A stretch of 56,392 nt of DNA, counting the filler, from Diploschistes diacapsis (Eukaryota): the NCBI GenBank assembly GCA_023645945.1. It is 5 parts of 5 records of this genome, joined end to end, with 100 filler letters (N's around TTAATTAATTAA, not from the genome) between each part and the next. Parts side by side here need not be neighbours in the genome. Positions count along the whole stretch, not along the records: positions 33,913 to 45,103 come from JALAIB010000852.1; 4 more parts are not named here. One strand, written 5' to 3'. A program made the translations under genes and the position numbers. Below, one piece after another: positions 34,462 to 45,203 of the stretch (within the stretch, counting starts at the first letter, position 1; every line of letters starts with the position of its first letter). The notes under the pieces were generated by a model. That model saw only the letters and a program-made list of their open reading frames with translations. It searched no databases and was not told where the DNA came from.

Positions 34462-37400
34462 TCATTCCCCTACCGCCCCTTCCTCCCCTGCAGGAATCCT
34501 CCTCCGACACCACTGTAGAATCTCCTCCGTCCCCTTTTCCAAAATCCCCCACCCAGGCACGCGGAACCGGTTGCCGTTGACGATCAGCGTCCGTAGCGTA
34601 CCCTGGAGCAGCGCTAACCTTGGCGGTAGGGTTTCGATTTCATTCCCGCTCACGTCCAGCACCTGCAATCCTCTAACGGCCTCGAAATCCAGAACGGTAA
34701 TCTTGTTGTTAGAAGCTAGGAGTTTTGAGAGTGAAGGGAAGGCTGTAGTAACGGAAGGGGAAGTAGGAAGCGCGGTAAGGCGATTGAAGAGCAGAATCAG
34801 CGTAGTCAGCTTCGGAGCAGTAAGGGACGAGACGAGGTGGTTGAGGGTTGTAAGGCCGTTGGAAGTCAGGTTGAGGGATAGCAAATTCGGCAGGTTCAGG
34901 GGTCGAGGGAGGAAAGAGTCATTTTTGGCGAGTTTGTTATTCGAGAGATCGAGAGTAGTCAGCGTTGAGCCAAGGATGTCGAGGGACGAGGGGATATGGG
35001 AAAGTTGGTTGTGGTGTAGGATCAAGGTGCGTATGTTCTCGCCAGCTAAGGGCTCTAGATCAGCTTTGTCGATGGTCTTCAGACGCGTGTTGGAGCGATC
35101 CAGGGTGTCGCCAGTGAACGTCCAGGATGCAGAACGAGAGAGTGACCCGAAGTTGGATATTGAGCCGCTACGCTCTGAGGTTGGCGAGAGAGCCACTACG
35201 CGGCTGCGGAGCTCGGACTTCAGGTCTTCGATTGATAGTCGAAGGAAACGTCTCTCCCTGAGAGGGTTGTTTTGAATGTTCAATGTAGCGAGGCCATCCA
35301 TTGACCCTATGCCATCATCGAGCTGTAGAAGGCTATTGTTACCAAAATCCGCACGGGTCAAATTTTTCAAGGATGTGAACCCTGCTGGAATCTCACTGAT
35401 CTTGTTCTCTTCGGCATTAAGACTTGTAAGTTTCTGCCAGGCGGTCATATCAGGTAGGGCTGCTACTCTATTATTGGCAATATTCAAGGACCTTAATGAC
35501 GGAAAATCAACCCTGATATCGGAAAGCATCAGAAGAGCGTTCATTGAGATGTCGAGGTTCTGAAGGAAGGGGACTTGTGGTATGTTCGCCGGCAGTAAAG
35601 ATCCACTCAGTCTGTTTCGTGACGCGTTTATCTCAATGATTGGGAGATCAAATATCGCTTCCATTGGTAAACCAGACAGCTGATTGGACGAAACGTTAAG
35701 ATGTCGAAGTTTTGAGAGTTTTCCAAATGATCCGGATATCTCTGTGATTGCATTTCCGTGGAGATCCAAAGACTCAAGATTCTCCATGTTGCCTATACAG
35801 TCAGGGACAGCCCCCTTGAGAGAATTTTCTGCTAGTCGAAGCTCCCTTAAGCTCAGTATCCGAGCGATGGTTTCTAGAGAATCCGAGCCTAGTTGGTTTC
35901 GAGAAAGATTCAGAAAAGTTAGGTGCGAAAGTCTCCCAAGGCTAAGTGGCACATTCTTGAGTTGGTTGCCATGCATGTCTAGGACTTCTAGTCCAGCAAA
36001 AATAGCTGTTGGTGGCTCATCCTCTGCGTCAAAGGTTGATTTTTGGGGACTCGAGTTTTCAGGGAAGACTTCTTCAGGTATTTCAGCAAGGTCGTTATCC
36101 GCTGCATTTAGTCTCGTAATATCGACACACTCGTACCAAGCAGGACCCCCGTCACCAGCGGTTTCGGGATCATACATCTTCAGGACCTCGACTGGAATCT
36201 CTTGCAGACATAACGCAGCGATGTTTAGTTTCCCATCTTCTCTGGCATTGTTGACTCGCTTTCGTAAAATGTTGACCTGGCTACTATCTAGCAAGTCAAG
36301 TGAAGAAGGATCAGTATCTGTCTCAAATCCCAAAGGCTCATGGTCTATGGAACGAGGTAGGAATGCATTGCTCTTGGACACCGTCGTGTTTCGCTTTGCA
36401 CTTTTCGCTTTTCTGATAACATCCCGAAGGGCTTGAGAAGACCTAGCCGCTGCAACGTTATTAAATGGAGTGTCATCGATATTCTGTTCATTGGACGGGG
36501 CTCGCGGCTTGGGTACCGCAGTAGAGTTCTGTCGCGCATTCAACGAAGCTTTCCGTCGGTCAAAAGGCGCCGTTGTCTTCCCAGTCTGGGAGGAGGTTGC
36601 GCTCGCAGACTTAATGGTTGGATAATCGAAAACACCCTTGATCGGCGACTTCGGTCTGGTTGGCCTCGCAGCCACGGTCTTACTACCAGCAAAGGGCATG
36701 CGACTAATGGCCGGTGGCTTCGGGAGGCCGCCGGAGGGCTGCTGGAGCCTTGGTGCTGGTATAGATCCTGTAGCCACTGTCCGTCTGATATTTGGCGTGT
36801 CGGAGCTCACAACACGCTTCCCACTGACATTAACAGATGGACTCCGGTCATGAACGGTAGCTGCACGTTTAGTAGGCGACTCGGGCCGCTCACCACGAAA
36901 CGGGGCGTAACCTCCCATTTGCGAGCCCGGACGATTATGCGAAAACGCGGACATAGGTCGGGAAGGTAGTCTCATTGGACTCTCTGTGGAGTAAAAACCG
37001 GACTGTCTGCGCTTAGCAGGAGAGGGTGAGGGCGGAATCTGCGATAGCGTCTCGACGGTTCGATCTGATAGCGACGGTCGAGATTTGCGCGGACTCTTTA
37101 CACTTGATGCCCTATTCTCAGAAGCAGTGTCTACCTCAGCAATCGAAGTATCCCTCAGAGGTGGAGACATTATTCCTGCTATTGATTCCACCTCTTCAAT
37201 ACCATTGCCGATGTTCGACGTCTGAAAGCCGGGCCGTAGCAGCATACTCGATCGCTTGTTCGGTGGGGGAGAGAACGGTCCCGCTATCTTCGATGGTGAG
37301 GTTATGGCCGACTTCACAATGATTCCATTCCCCTGGGGGCATGGAGACGTTATGCCGTTCTCTGCTAGGTTCGAAGAGACGATGCCTGGATCGGGAACGA

Positions 37401-37488
37401 CCGAGGCTCGATTCGATCGAAACTGCGGTAATCTTGAAGTTGTACGCCTGGGTATACCAGATCCTCCACTTTCCTTGCCGATCTCCAT
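34462..37488 (-). CDS. Leucine-rich-repeat protein (LRRC40-like) with Ser/Pro-rich N-terminus, ~1008 aa
   Basis: Many LxxLxLxxNxL repeats; GKLNIAALCLQEIPVEVLKMY, WYECVDITRLNAADN and C-terminal V.GNRFRVPGWGILEKGTEEILQWCRRRIP; first ATG at 37488. Confidence 0.88.
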   Translation of the reverse strand: MEIGKESGGSGIPRRTTSRLPQFRSNRASVVPDPGIVSSNLAENGITSPCPQGNGIIVKSAITSPSKIAGPFSPPPNKRSSMLLRPGFQTSNIGNGIEEVESIAGIMSPPLRDTSIAEVDTASENRASSVKSPRKSRPSLSDRTVETLSQIPPSPSPAKRRQSGFYSTESPMRLPSRPMSAFSHNRPGSQMGGYAPFRGERPESPTKRAATVHDRSPSVNVSGKRVVSSDTPNIRRTVATGSIPAPRLQQPSGGLPKPPAISRMPFAGSKTVAARPTRPKSPIKGVFDYPTIKSASATSSQTGKTTAPFDRRKASLNARQNSTAVPKPRAPSNEQNIDDTPFNNVAAARSSQALRDVIRKAKSAKRNTTVSKSNAFLPRSIDHEPLGFETDTDPSSLDLLDSSQVNILRKRVNNAREDGKLNIAALCLQEIPVEVLKMYDPETAGDGGPAWYECVDITRLNAADNDLAEIPEEVFPENSSPQKSTFDAEDEPPTAIFAGLEVLDMHGNQLKNVPLSLGRLSHLTFLNLSRNQLGSDSLETIARILSLRELRLAENSLKGAVPDCIGNMENLESLDLHGNAITEISGSFGKLSKLRHLNVSSNQLSGLPMEAIFDLPIIEINASRNRLSGSLLPANIPQVPFLQNLDISMNALLMLSDIRVDFPSLRSLNIANNRVAALPDMTAWQKLTSLNAEENKISEIPAGFTSLKNLTRADFGNNSLLQLDDGIGSMDGLATLNIQNNPLRERRFLRLSIEDLKSELRSRVVALSPTSERSGSISNFGSLSRSASWTFTGDTLDRSNTRLKTIDKADLEPLAGENIRTLILHHNQLSHIPSSLDILGSTLTTLDLSNNKLAKNDSFLPRPLNLPNLLSLNLTSNGLTTLNHLVSSLTAPKLTTLILLFNRLTALPTSPSVTTAFPSLSKLLASNNKITVLDFEAVRGLQVLDVSGNEIETLPPRLALLQGTLRTLIVNGNRFRVPGWGILEKGTEEILQWCRRRIPAGEEGAVGE

Positions 37489-38451
37489 CTTGAAGGCTCG
37501 GAAATAGTAAGCTGTGATGCAAGTGGAGTGGATGGCTTCTCGTGGACAGGGCTGGGGAGATGCGGTAAGGCATGAGCGTCGATAGCTAAAGATCAATGGA
37601 GCTCTTGATGTAAAGCAAACATCTCTGGGAGTCCTTGCAATAGATACTGAACGCCAAGATGAAGCTATTTATGACGATAGCACACCTGTTACGGTACCTT
37701 CCCTATCAATATCTTTGATGCCAAGAGTCCAAACATCAGTACAAACAGAAGGTTTCGCTTGTCCAATCGCCCCCTTTCCATGGGTATTCCGTACTATACT
37801 TTACACGTTCAAGTTGTACTTAGTACCCTTTTGTGACAGAGCTAAAGGTTCATCACGATTCACAATCACTGCACAAGCTTTCCTGAGGCTGATGGCTCGC
37901 TGCGGGTGCTGCCTGTGATAAGGCTTCACGGTCAGAAATCCAGATTTGTCTAGCGCTTGCAACACGGTCTTAATACTAGTGCTAGATGATATGATATCCT
38001 ATCCTGAAACTACTTACCCTAGCATCCGAAGTGTCTAAGAAATGTAAACACGAGCCTATCAAGTCTACTGAGTATCTACCTGCAAAGGAGGGGGGACTTG
38101 AACGTTAGCTGGAGATAAGGTCGCCGGACTTTACCAGAACGGACTAGGGCGGTGTCCCATGTGCCGTCACCTGGTCTACGAAGTAACGGGCAAGGACTCG
38201 ATTGCCAGCCACCCACAATAACCAGCACTGCTTGGAGGTCTTTGCTTCTCAGCTTTGCCTGGACATCTTCACTTCCCACACAAAGCTATCGTGCTCCTCC
38301 TGCTGTTGCATGTCCTAGTTGCTCGCTGTTTTCCCGCAATTACCTAGCCACCGTTCCCAACCAAGACCCCACCTGAATTGGGTTTCACTTTGCGCACACG
38401 CTGCGTCCCTTCCTCGAAAGACAGTTCATCCTCGAGGACCATTTACTAAAC

Positions 38452-39852
38452 ATGAGAGAGACAATCATACCGCGGACGCCGTCGCCAGCTGCGAAAGGAT
38501 TCAAGCCCGCATATGTCTCCCCTCCTCCACGACCTTCATCTCACTTGACCCCGCCGCCCACAACAGAGATTCCCAGACAGAGCCCAAACTCCATCACGAT
38601 AGACAATGGAGACTCACATACTGAGATGACCACAAGCATACCCAATAGCATGAGAAGTGGACGCTTACCAACCGTCGAGGAAGCGAAGAGCCTTTCGGAC
38701 GATGACTGCCGCGATCTCGTCTTGGAGCTTCTTCCGGCTATCGGAGAAACACGCATGGCTTTAGCGCATACGCAGCTTCAACTAACCCTCTTGAGTATCG
38801 AATCGAACGAGGCAGCGCAAAGAGCAGAAGTCGAACATGACATGACTCGTAAAGAAGTCGAGGTTTTGCGAGCAGGGAGCCCAATCATCCGCCACCGCAC
38901 CCCACTCCTTAGCGACCCAATGTCTCCGATCTCACAGATTCAACGCCAATTAGAATTGGCAGTGGAGGCAGGACGAGAGCTCGAGATAGAGAATCTTCAA
39001 CTTATACGCAGGCTCAAGCAAGCCAAGAAAGTGATCAAACATCTGAATGGCAAGAATTCGCAGCTCTTGGAAGACAATGACTTGCTCAGGGAAAGAATCA
39101 AGCAGAATAGAAACCATATTGATGCATTGCGCGTTGCAGATCCACAGTTTCTTGGACTTACTCCGGCCTCATTGCACCCCAGTCCATCGAGGATTAAGTC
39201 TATCAAGCCTGACAGACCGCACACACCAAGCCAGAATCCACTGGATGCCTTATTGATGGCTGATCAAATCCTCAGCGGTGACCCATCTAGTGTTCCGGCG
39301 ACACCAAGTCCCTACCATGCAATGAAGCACAGCTCCGGCCATGTCAGGGGCACCCAGTCTCTGTCGTCTTTACCCACTACCCCTACCAGAACAAGGCCGA
39401 TGACCGCAAGTGAAGTTCAAAAGACACCGATTAATCAATTAATCCCGACTTCCCATCTTAGCTATTCAGCACCAATGAAACAACGCATCACGGAACGTGT
39501 TCGTGGTGACCGTGACAGTACCATTTCTGCTTCAGACGCCGAGGCACTAACAGACGAAGATGTTCCGGCTTCACAAGCAAGTCAAGCTGCTTCCAACATG
39601 CTACGACGCTTTCCGGGTGGTAGTCCGGAATATAGTCAAAGGCCAAGCTCACAGAACCAACACAGAGTGATTCAAAGCAAGCTTACAGGGAAGGTATCGA
39701 AGCCAAAGATAATGGGTAAAGGAAATAAGCGTAAGTATGGATCAGACAGTGATATTGGGGAGGTAGAGCCAAGAAAGAAAGCTAGAACAGGCAGGGCAGA
39801 GGATGGTAGTCTGGGTTTGGGTATTGGTGTCTGGGCAAGCCCGCATCGCTGA
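38452..39852 (+). CDS. Conserved fungal coiled-coil protein of unknown function, 466 aa
   Basis: Long ORF; AHTQLQLTLLSIES.EAAQRAEVEHDMTRKEVEVL, heptad region, LDALLMADQIL, GHVRGTQSLSSLPTTP, RDSTISASD; no catalytic motif seen. Confidence 0.8.
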   Translation: MRETIIPRTPSPAAKGFKPAYVSPPPRPSSHLTPPPTTEIPRQSPNSITIDNGDSHTEMTTSIPNSMRSGRLPTVEEAKSLSDDDCRDLVLELLPAIGETRMALAHTQLQLTLLSIESNEAAQRAEVEHDMTRKEVEVLRAGSPIIRHRTPLLSDPMSPISQIQRQLELAVEAGRELEIENLQLIRRLKQAKKVIKHLNGKNSQLLEDNDLLRERIKQNRNHIDALRVADPQFLGLTPASLHPSPSRIKSIKPDRPHTPSQNPLDALLMADQILSGDPSSVPATPSPYHAMKHSSGHVRGTQSLSSLPTTPTRTRPMTASEVQKTPINQLIPTSHLSYSAPMKQRITERVRGDRDSTISASDAEALTDEDVPASQASQAASNMLRRFPGGSPEYSQRPSSQNQHRVIQSKLTGKVSKPKIMGKGNKRKYGSDSDIGEVEPRKKARTGRAEDGSLGLGIGVWASPHR

Positions 39853-40332
39853 ACATTGCTCATATGAGTTCTGGCCCGCTGAGTCTTTACAGGCATATTC
39901 TGCGATGATTGCGATTCGATCGATTAGCATGCGTCAAACGTTTTACCAGTTGAATTCCTATATAGCCATGATAGTTGATGCATATTAAACCGAGAAACCT
40001 TACCGGCACAGAACTCCGTCCACATCTTGGTATTTTTGGACCAGGTTTTACCACCTGTGGCTGTACAGGAGCAAGTTGTTAGAGCTCCATCTGACTGAGC
40101 TATAAAATGGTTCTCATATTGGACGTCTTTCCGATCAAGTGGTATAGATTACCTGTAAAAATGCGGCAAGTTGATCTGGGTACTAGCACTTCTATCCGTT
40201 TGGGCTTAGCGCCCGATCAATCTAATTTGATAGGGCTGAGGGTGTGAACCGCACACAATTAAGCGAATATGTGCCCTCAGCAGCATCACGACCGATTTGA
40301 CGACCAGACTGACCTAACTGCCAACAGCCAAG

Positions 40333-41266
40333 ATGGTAAGTGTTGCTAATTATCTCCTCAGCATTTGTACAGCTTGATCTCTTAGTTTACGCTCTTGTTT
40401 TTGTGTGCATGCGAATTAACATGCGTGATACAGGCGATCAAACACAACCAGAAGATCGTCGAAAACAGTGAGCTTGCTCCCATGATGGCATTTCAGCGAT
40501 TGGATCTAACTGCACTAAGAGTTCCGCAAGGACTGGCAACGTCGCGTTCGTTGTCACTTCGATCAGGTATATCGAGTGACCAGCGTACCAAGAGGGCAAG
40601 CAGACTAAGTTGAGGGAACAGCCCGGGAAAAAGAATCGTCGTCGACAAAACCGTCTTCAAAGGGCCGCTACGCTTGCGCCGAGACCGGTCGATAGATTAA
40701 GGCCAGTCGTACGCTGCCCGACTATCAAGTACAACCGCAAAGTCCGTGCCGGCCGTGGCTTCTCACTGGCCGAATTAAAGGTGTGTAGAGCTTTAAGGCG
40801 CATTGCTGGTATTGCCGGGGCAAAGAACGTATGACTCAAAGCTTTTCAGGAGGCCGGTATCCCTCGAAAATTTGCTCCCACGATTGGTATCGCAGTCGAC
40901 GGCCGCCGCGCCAATCTCTCCACCGAATCCCTCACCCCTAACGTTGCCCGCCTCAAAGCCTACATGGAACGACTCATCCTCTTTCCTCGACGCTCGGGCG
41001 TACACAAGAAGGGCGATGCATCCAAGGAAGATGTTCAAGGTGTCAAGGAGAAATCTACAGAGTTCACTCAAGCCATCGGTTCTCTTCTACCCATCATCAA
41101 CGAAGCCCGCAAGAATGCTATCACTGAGGTTAAGACCAGCGAAATGCCTAAGGGAGAGGAGAACGCGTACAAAAAACTGCGTATTGCAAGGAGTGACGCT
41201 CGCCTGGTTGGCGTTAGGGAAAAGAGGGCAAAGGCTAAGGCTGAGGAGGCTCAAACAAAGAAATAG
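40333..41266 (+). CDS. RPL13: 60S ribosomal protein eL13 (exons 40333-40335, 40434-40467, 40520-40566, 40622-40780, 40850-41266)
   Basis: MAIKHN...[22 protein letters not shown]...[38 protein letters not shown]...IGIAVD.RR...LILFPR...[21 protein letters not shown]; four GT-AG introns in frame. Confidence 0.95.
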
Positions 41267-43334
41267 ACGGGTGAGCTGCAAATAGGCGTCTATTGGGCTG
41301 GGTTGATAAGCTATTTGCTGGGTTTCAGGAACCGAAACCGTCAGCTGTGTGTAGGAGAGCCAGAACCTATGAGCAGTTGAATGCATGCCAGCTACGTTTC
41401 TCTTGTTTCAAACATGTTTGACTCTTGAACTTTCGATTTAGTCTGTGGATGTACAACGCAAGCATCGATTCACTAGGCATAGAACTGATCTTGATACCTG
41501 GCCCTTTTTTCTGCTTTACCATTCCATGATGTCCAGTCTTCACCAAAGTTGTGGGAAGTCACAATTTTCTTCTGACAACACTTACGGAAAGATAGTCAGG
41601 AAGCCTATACATGAGCGGTTCCCATCAATTTCGTACCTAACTCTTATAATTCCTAAGTTTTAAGCGGTCACAGAACAGGTCTCACTTGGAGCAAGTTGCG
41701 ATAAGGTGATGTCTCCGAAGATTATGGTCTCAACTATCTTGAAACAATCATAATATCTCTATTTCAATTATAGCTTCAATTCCCTATTAACTGCTGCTAT
41801 AAGTGCTAGTAATGCAGTTCATCTTGTCTGGGACTTTCTCGCAACAATGAGCCCACTTCGAACAGTATCGAACAGTATCGTAAGCTTATTTATTGCCAAG
41901 AAGCAACTTGTAGCACATTATTGAAACATCTGTCTACGTTCTTGATACAACCGATCATCATTAAGCTTAGTCTCGAAGACAAACTGGAATACGGCAGGAT
42001 CCTAATTCATGGGATAGGAATGATAAGGTGAGCAAGGATCTCAATTCCATATTATTCGGACCCTAACGCTGTTCTCATTACTTCCATGGAGTAACTGAGG
42101 GCTGTGCTCATGGCCTCAATTGAGCCTGACAATTGAGGCAGGCTAGACGAAACTTCAATACACCGCTTTTTGACAGGCTTGGACAATCTATCTAATCATG
42201 CCAAAACCCTCTCAAGCCTGAACCTCGTCCTCATTCTGCAACGCTTAATGTGTACACGACCTATGGGGGAAAGACAACATAATAGCTAGAAAATACCAGA
42301 GATTGACCCACTTGTGATGAGGATTGCATTTAATCAAATACATCTAGATAGACATTGAGCTTTTGATGTCGATACCAATCTCAGTATCTAAGTCATCGCT
42401 GGAAAGGCAGACAACTACCCAAGCATCTGGCAAAACCCCTGACCAGGCAAAATTGCCCGATTCGACAACCTACTAGTAGATTATATCTTGGCGCTCCTGG
42501 CGTTGCACAAGAAACATGTCATCCCCATTTGGGAAGTCATTAAAATCGCTCAGAGCTTTGTCTGTCATTTGTCCTTGACATGCAGGTTAACGACCAGATC
42601 TGCCCGCAAGGCTAGCTATCGAGAAGAATTCGCGATCAACTACGAGTGGGGATGCAGTCGATTTCTACAAGTTGGGTTACAATCTCATTACATGCTAATA
42701 TAATCTCGTCTATGCGTTAATTAACGGTCCTAGTTGGAATTCTCCTCCGAATTATGCCTGAAGCTCTCTCTTCATTCACTTTGGTTCTTTCGGTTATACC
42801 AGCAAACATTAGACCAACAAGTAACCCGACCGTTTAATATTGTCCAAATGTTGAAAGCTAATATTGACTGAACCTCAGGAGGACAATATTGACTGACAAG
42901 ATATGTTGAAACGTGTCTTTGGAGGCTAACAATTGCAAAGGTTGACTACCAAACAATGTTAGAGTGGAATAGTATTGCTATCTGGGCTAGAAGAAACATT
43001 GTGGAGTCACCAGGTTTCTCGGTACAATTACAAAACAGGTCTCTAGATGGTCCTTCGAATATCAAAGACAATACAAAAGTCGAAGCAACAGCTCCAGCTT
43101 CCCAAGCGGAGTCTTTAATACCTACTCTACAAATTTGCGCTTCAAGTGGTCCAGGTCGTATTTAGCTTGATTTTCAGAGAGAGAACGCGGAAACTCTGTT
43201 CATGATTCGAAATTCTATCGGGGCACTCCCAAAGAACCCGAAAAGCCTGAAATGATTGTGACGGCGTCGATAAGCAATGGCATCTCAGTAAGATCCCTCT
43301 AGAGCTGAGACTAGCGCATGGCGGATATCATCCT

Positions 43335-44750
43335 ATGATCCATTCAATAGTGGAGGAGTTTTGGCAAGAATGCGAGGCCATCCAAGCATCAGCCCGCAGT
43401 GAACAAGAGCATGCGCTACAGCAAATAAAACAGAATGCACGGGCAGAGGAACTCTTTCCTGGGTCGTCACAAACGACTAACTGTCGAGATGAAGAGAAAC
43501 CGGACACTCTGAAATCCTCGATGATCAGCAGTATTCCTACTGAATTGCTGCCTGCTAAGTCAATTGAGAACCAGTTAGTCTGCAGAAAATTCAAGAAGAA
43601 CCGAAACTGTACACCATCACAAGAAAAGCGTTCTTAGCCATAAATCAATTAAGAGGCAAACAGCCCATGACCATTGCCCAAGCGCAAAGGCTGGTGTCGA
43701 AAGAACGCGCCAGTTGCTTTGACACTGTTCTCTCAACATCTATAATCGATTTATCTTGTCGTCATAGCTATTTCAGGGGTTGCTTTACACAGCTTATTGA
43801 AGCTGCAATGAAGACCGAGAGCTTTTGGCCTCCAAAATACTGTTTGCAAGAAATCCCTCGCTCAACTATCTTACGGCATCTTGCTGATAGCCAAGTACTC
43901 GTGTTCGGCGCGAGGGGGAAGGAGTACGCAACGCCGGGTAGCGAAAGATGGTATTGCACGAATCCAAATTGCCTTAGATTCTTCGAGGCTTTCAAGCACG
44001 ACAGCTGTGTGGGCATATGGTCGAACTTTAATACAGGGTGCCGTCACATTACTTGTAAATGTGGCGCACACTTCTGCTATACGTGTGGGTGCTGTGTGGG
44101 CAGACATGTGGTTGTATCGAGGATGACCAGCGACGAAGAGAGGTGGTCCTATCAAGAGGCCGAGAGGAAATGCGACAACTAAGAGAAGCGGAAAAAGCCA
44201 AGGAAGTAGAAGTACAAGCTGCTATCGAAGCTTCTGCGGAGCAGAAACGAAGAGAGGATGCAAAAGAGCTCCTAGCACAGAAAAGATTCTTCGAGAAGAT
44301 GGAGGCAGATCGTATAGCTGGTTTGCAGGCATATTATGACGATATCCGTAGCCAATTGCGACGGCTTCACGACATGCAGGTCAAAATAATTTGTGGACGG
44401 CATGGATACTGGCTCGCATCTCGTGAGCACGACCTAGCAGGGCTCAAACTCGCCTCAATGAGCTCGAGAAGATGTGCTCAAACAATTCTATTGACGCAAT
44501 CAAAAGTAATCGAGAGGAGTATCAGCGCGAGGTAATAGCAGATTTTGAACGTCATCAACAGTTCCAGGCTGCAACGCTTGAACGCTTTCAAACCTTTGGC
44601 TCCGACAGCGGCGCTTTCGTCAATGAATCCGCGTTTATACAGACGAAAGAGCGCAAAGAACGAGATGCTCGGTTTGCTAGGAAGATGCTGGATATAGAGA
44701 ATCACAGGGCGATTCGGGAGCACCACCTGCTCCTTATTCCGGTCACATAT
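43335..44750 (+). pseudogene. Degenerate RBR/IBR-domain E3 ubiquitin ligase with C-terminal coiled coil
   Basis: LSCRHSYFRGCFTQLIEAAMKTESFWPPKYCLQEIP (RING1 with Cys->Phe/Tyr), EYATPGSERWYCTNPNC (start of IBR), GCRHITCKCGAHFCYTCG (RING2); most of IBR missing; spread over four ORFs separated by stops/frameshifts. Limits approximate. Confidence 0.65.
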
Positions 44751-44759
44751 AGTAAGCTG

Positions 44760-45103
44760 TTTAGCTCATATCTAGTTCCCATAATAATTAATATATATTA
44801 CATATACAAGCCATATTACGTCATAAACGTGCCATCTCCGATACAGTCATATAAATCATAAAAAGTTAATTTTAAAACAAACGCGGATTAAATCCTTCTA
44901 AATCACTATATAAAAGGCCAAATTTCTATATAGAAATACTGTAAAATATTAAAATTAATTAAATTAAGGCTTTAAAGCCCTTTACGCCTTAATATAATCT
45001 TTAAAAAGTAATCATTATACTTTTTATTTAATCTCTATAACCTCTTCGCCGAGCGGAATTAAATACAATAATAAATCAAATAAAGTAAGCTGGCCGTTAC
45101 TGA
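44760..45103. repeat. AT-rich, probably RIP-mutated sequence at contig end
   Basis: Abrupt shift to TpA-rich, TpG-poor sequence without ORFs. Confidence 0.55.
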
Positions 45104-45203
45104 NNNNNNNNNNNNNNNNNNNNNNNNNNNNNNNNNNNNNNNNNNNNTTAATTAATTAANNNNNNNNNNNNNNNNNNNNNNNNNNNNNNNNNNNNNNNNN
45201 NNN
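45104..45203. other. Artificial contig-joining linker
   Basis: N44-TTAATTAATTAA-N44. Confidence 0.98.

Noticed and set aside
38452..39852. Enzymatic (oxidoreductase-type) annotation for the 466-aa protein
   Set aside because: No dinucleotide-binding fold or catalytic motif visible; sequence is coiled-coil plus disordered.
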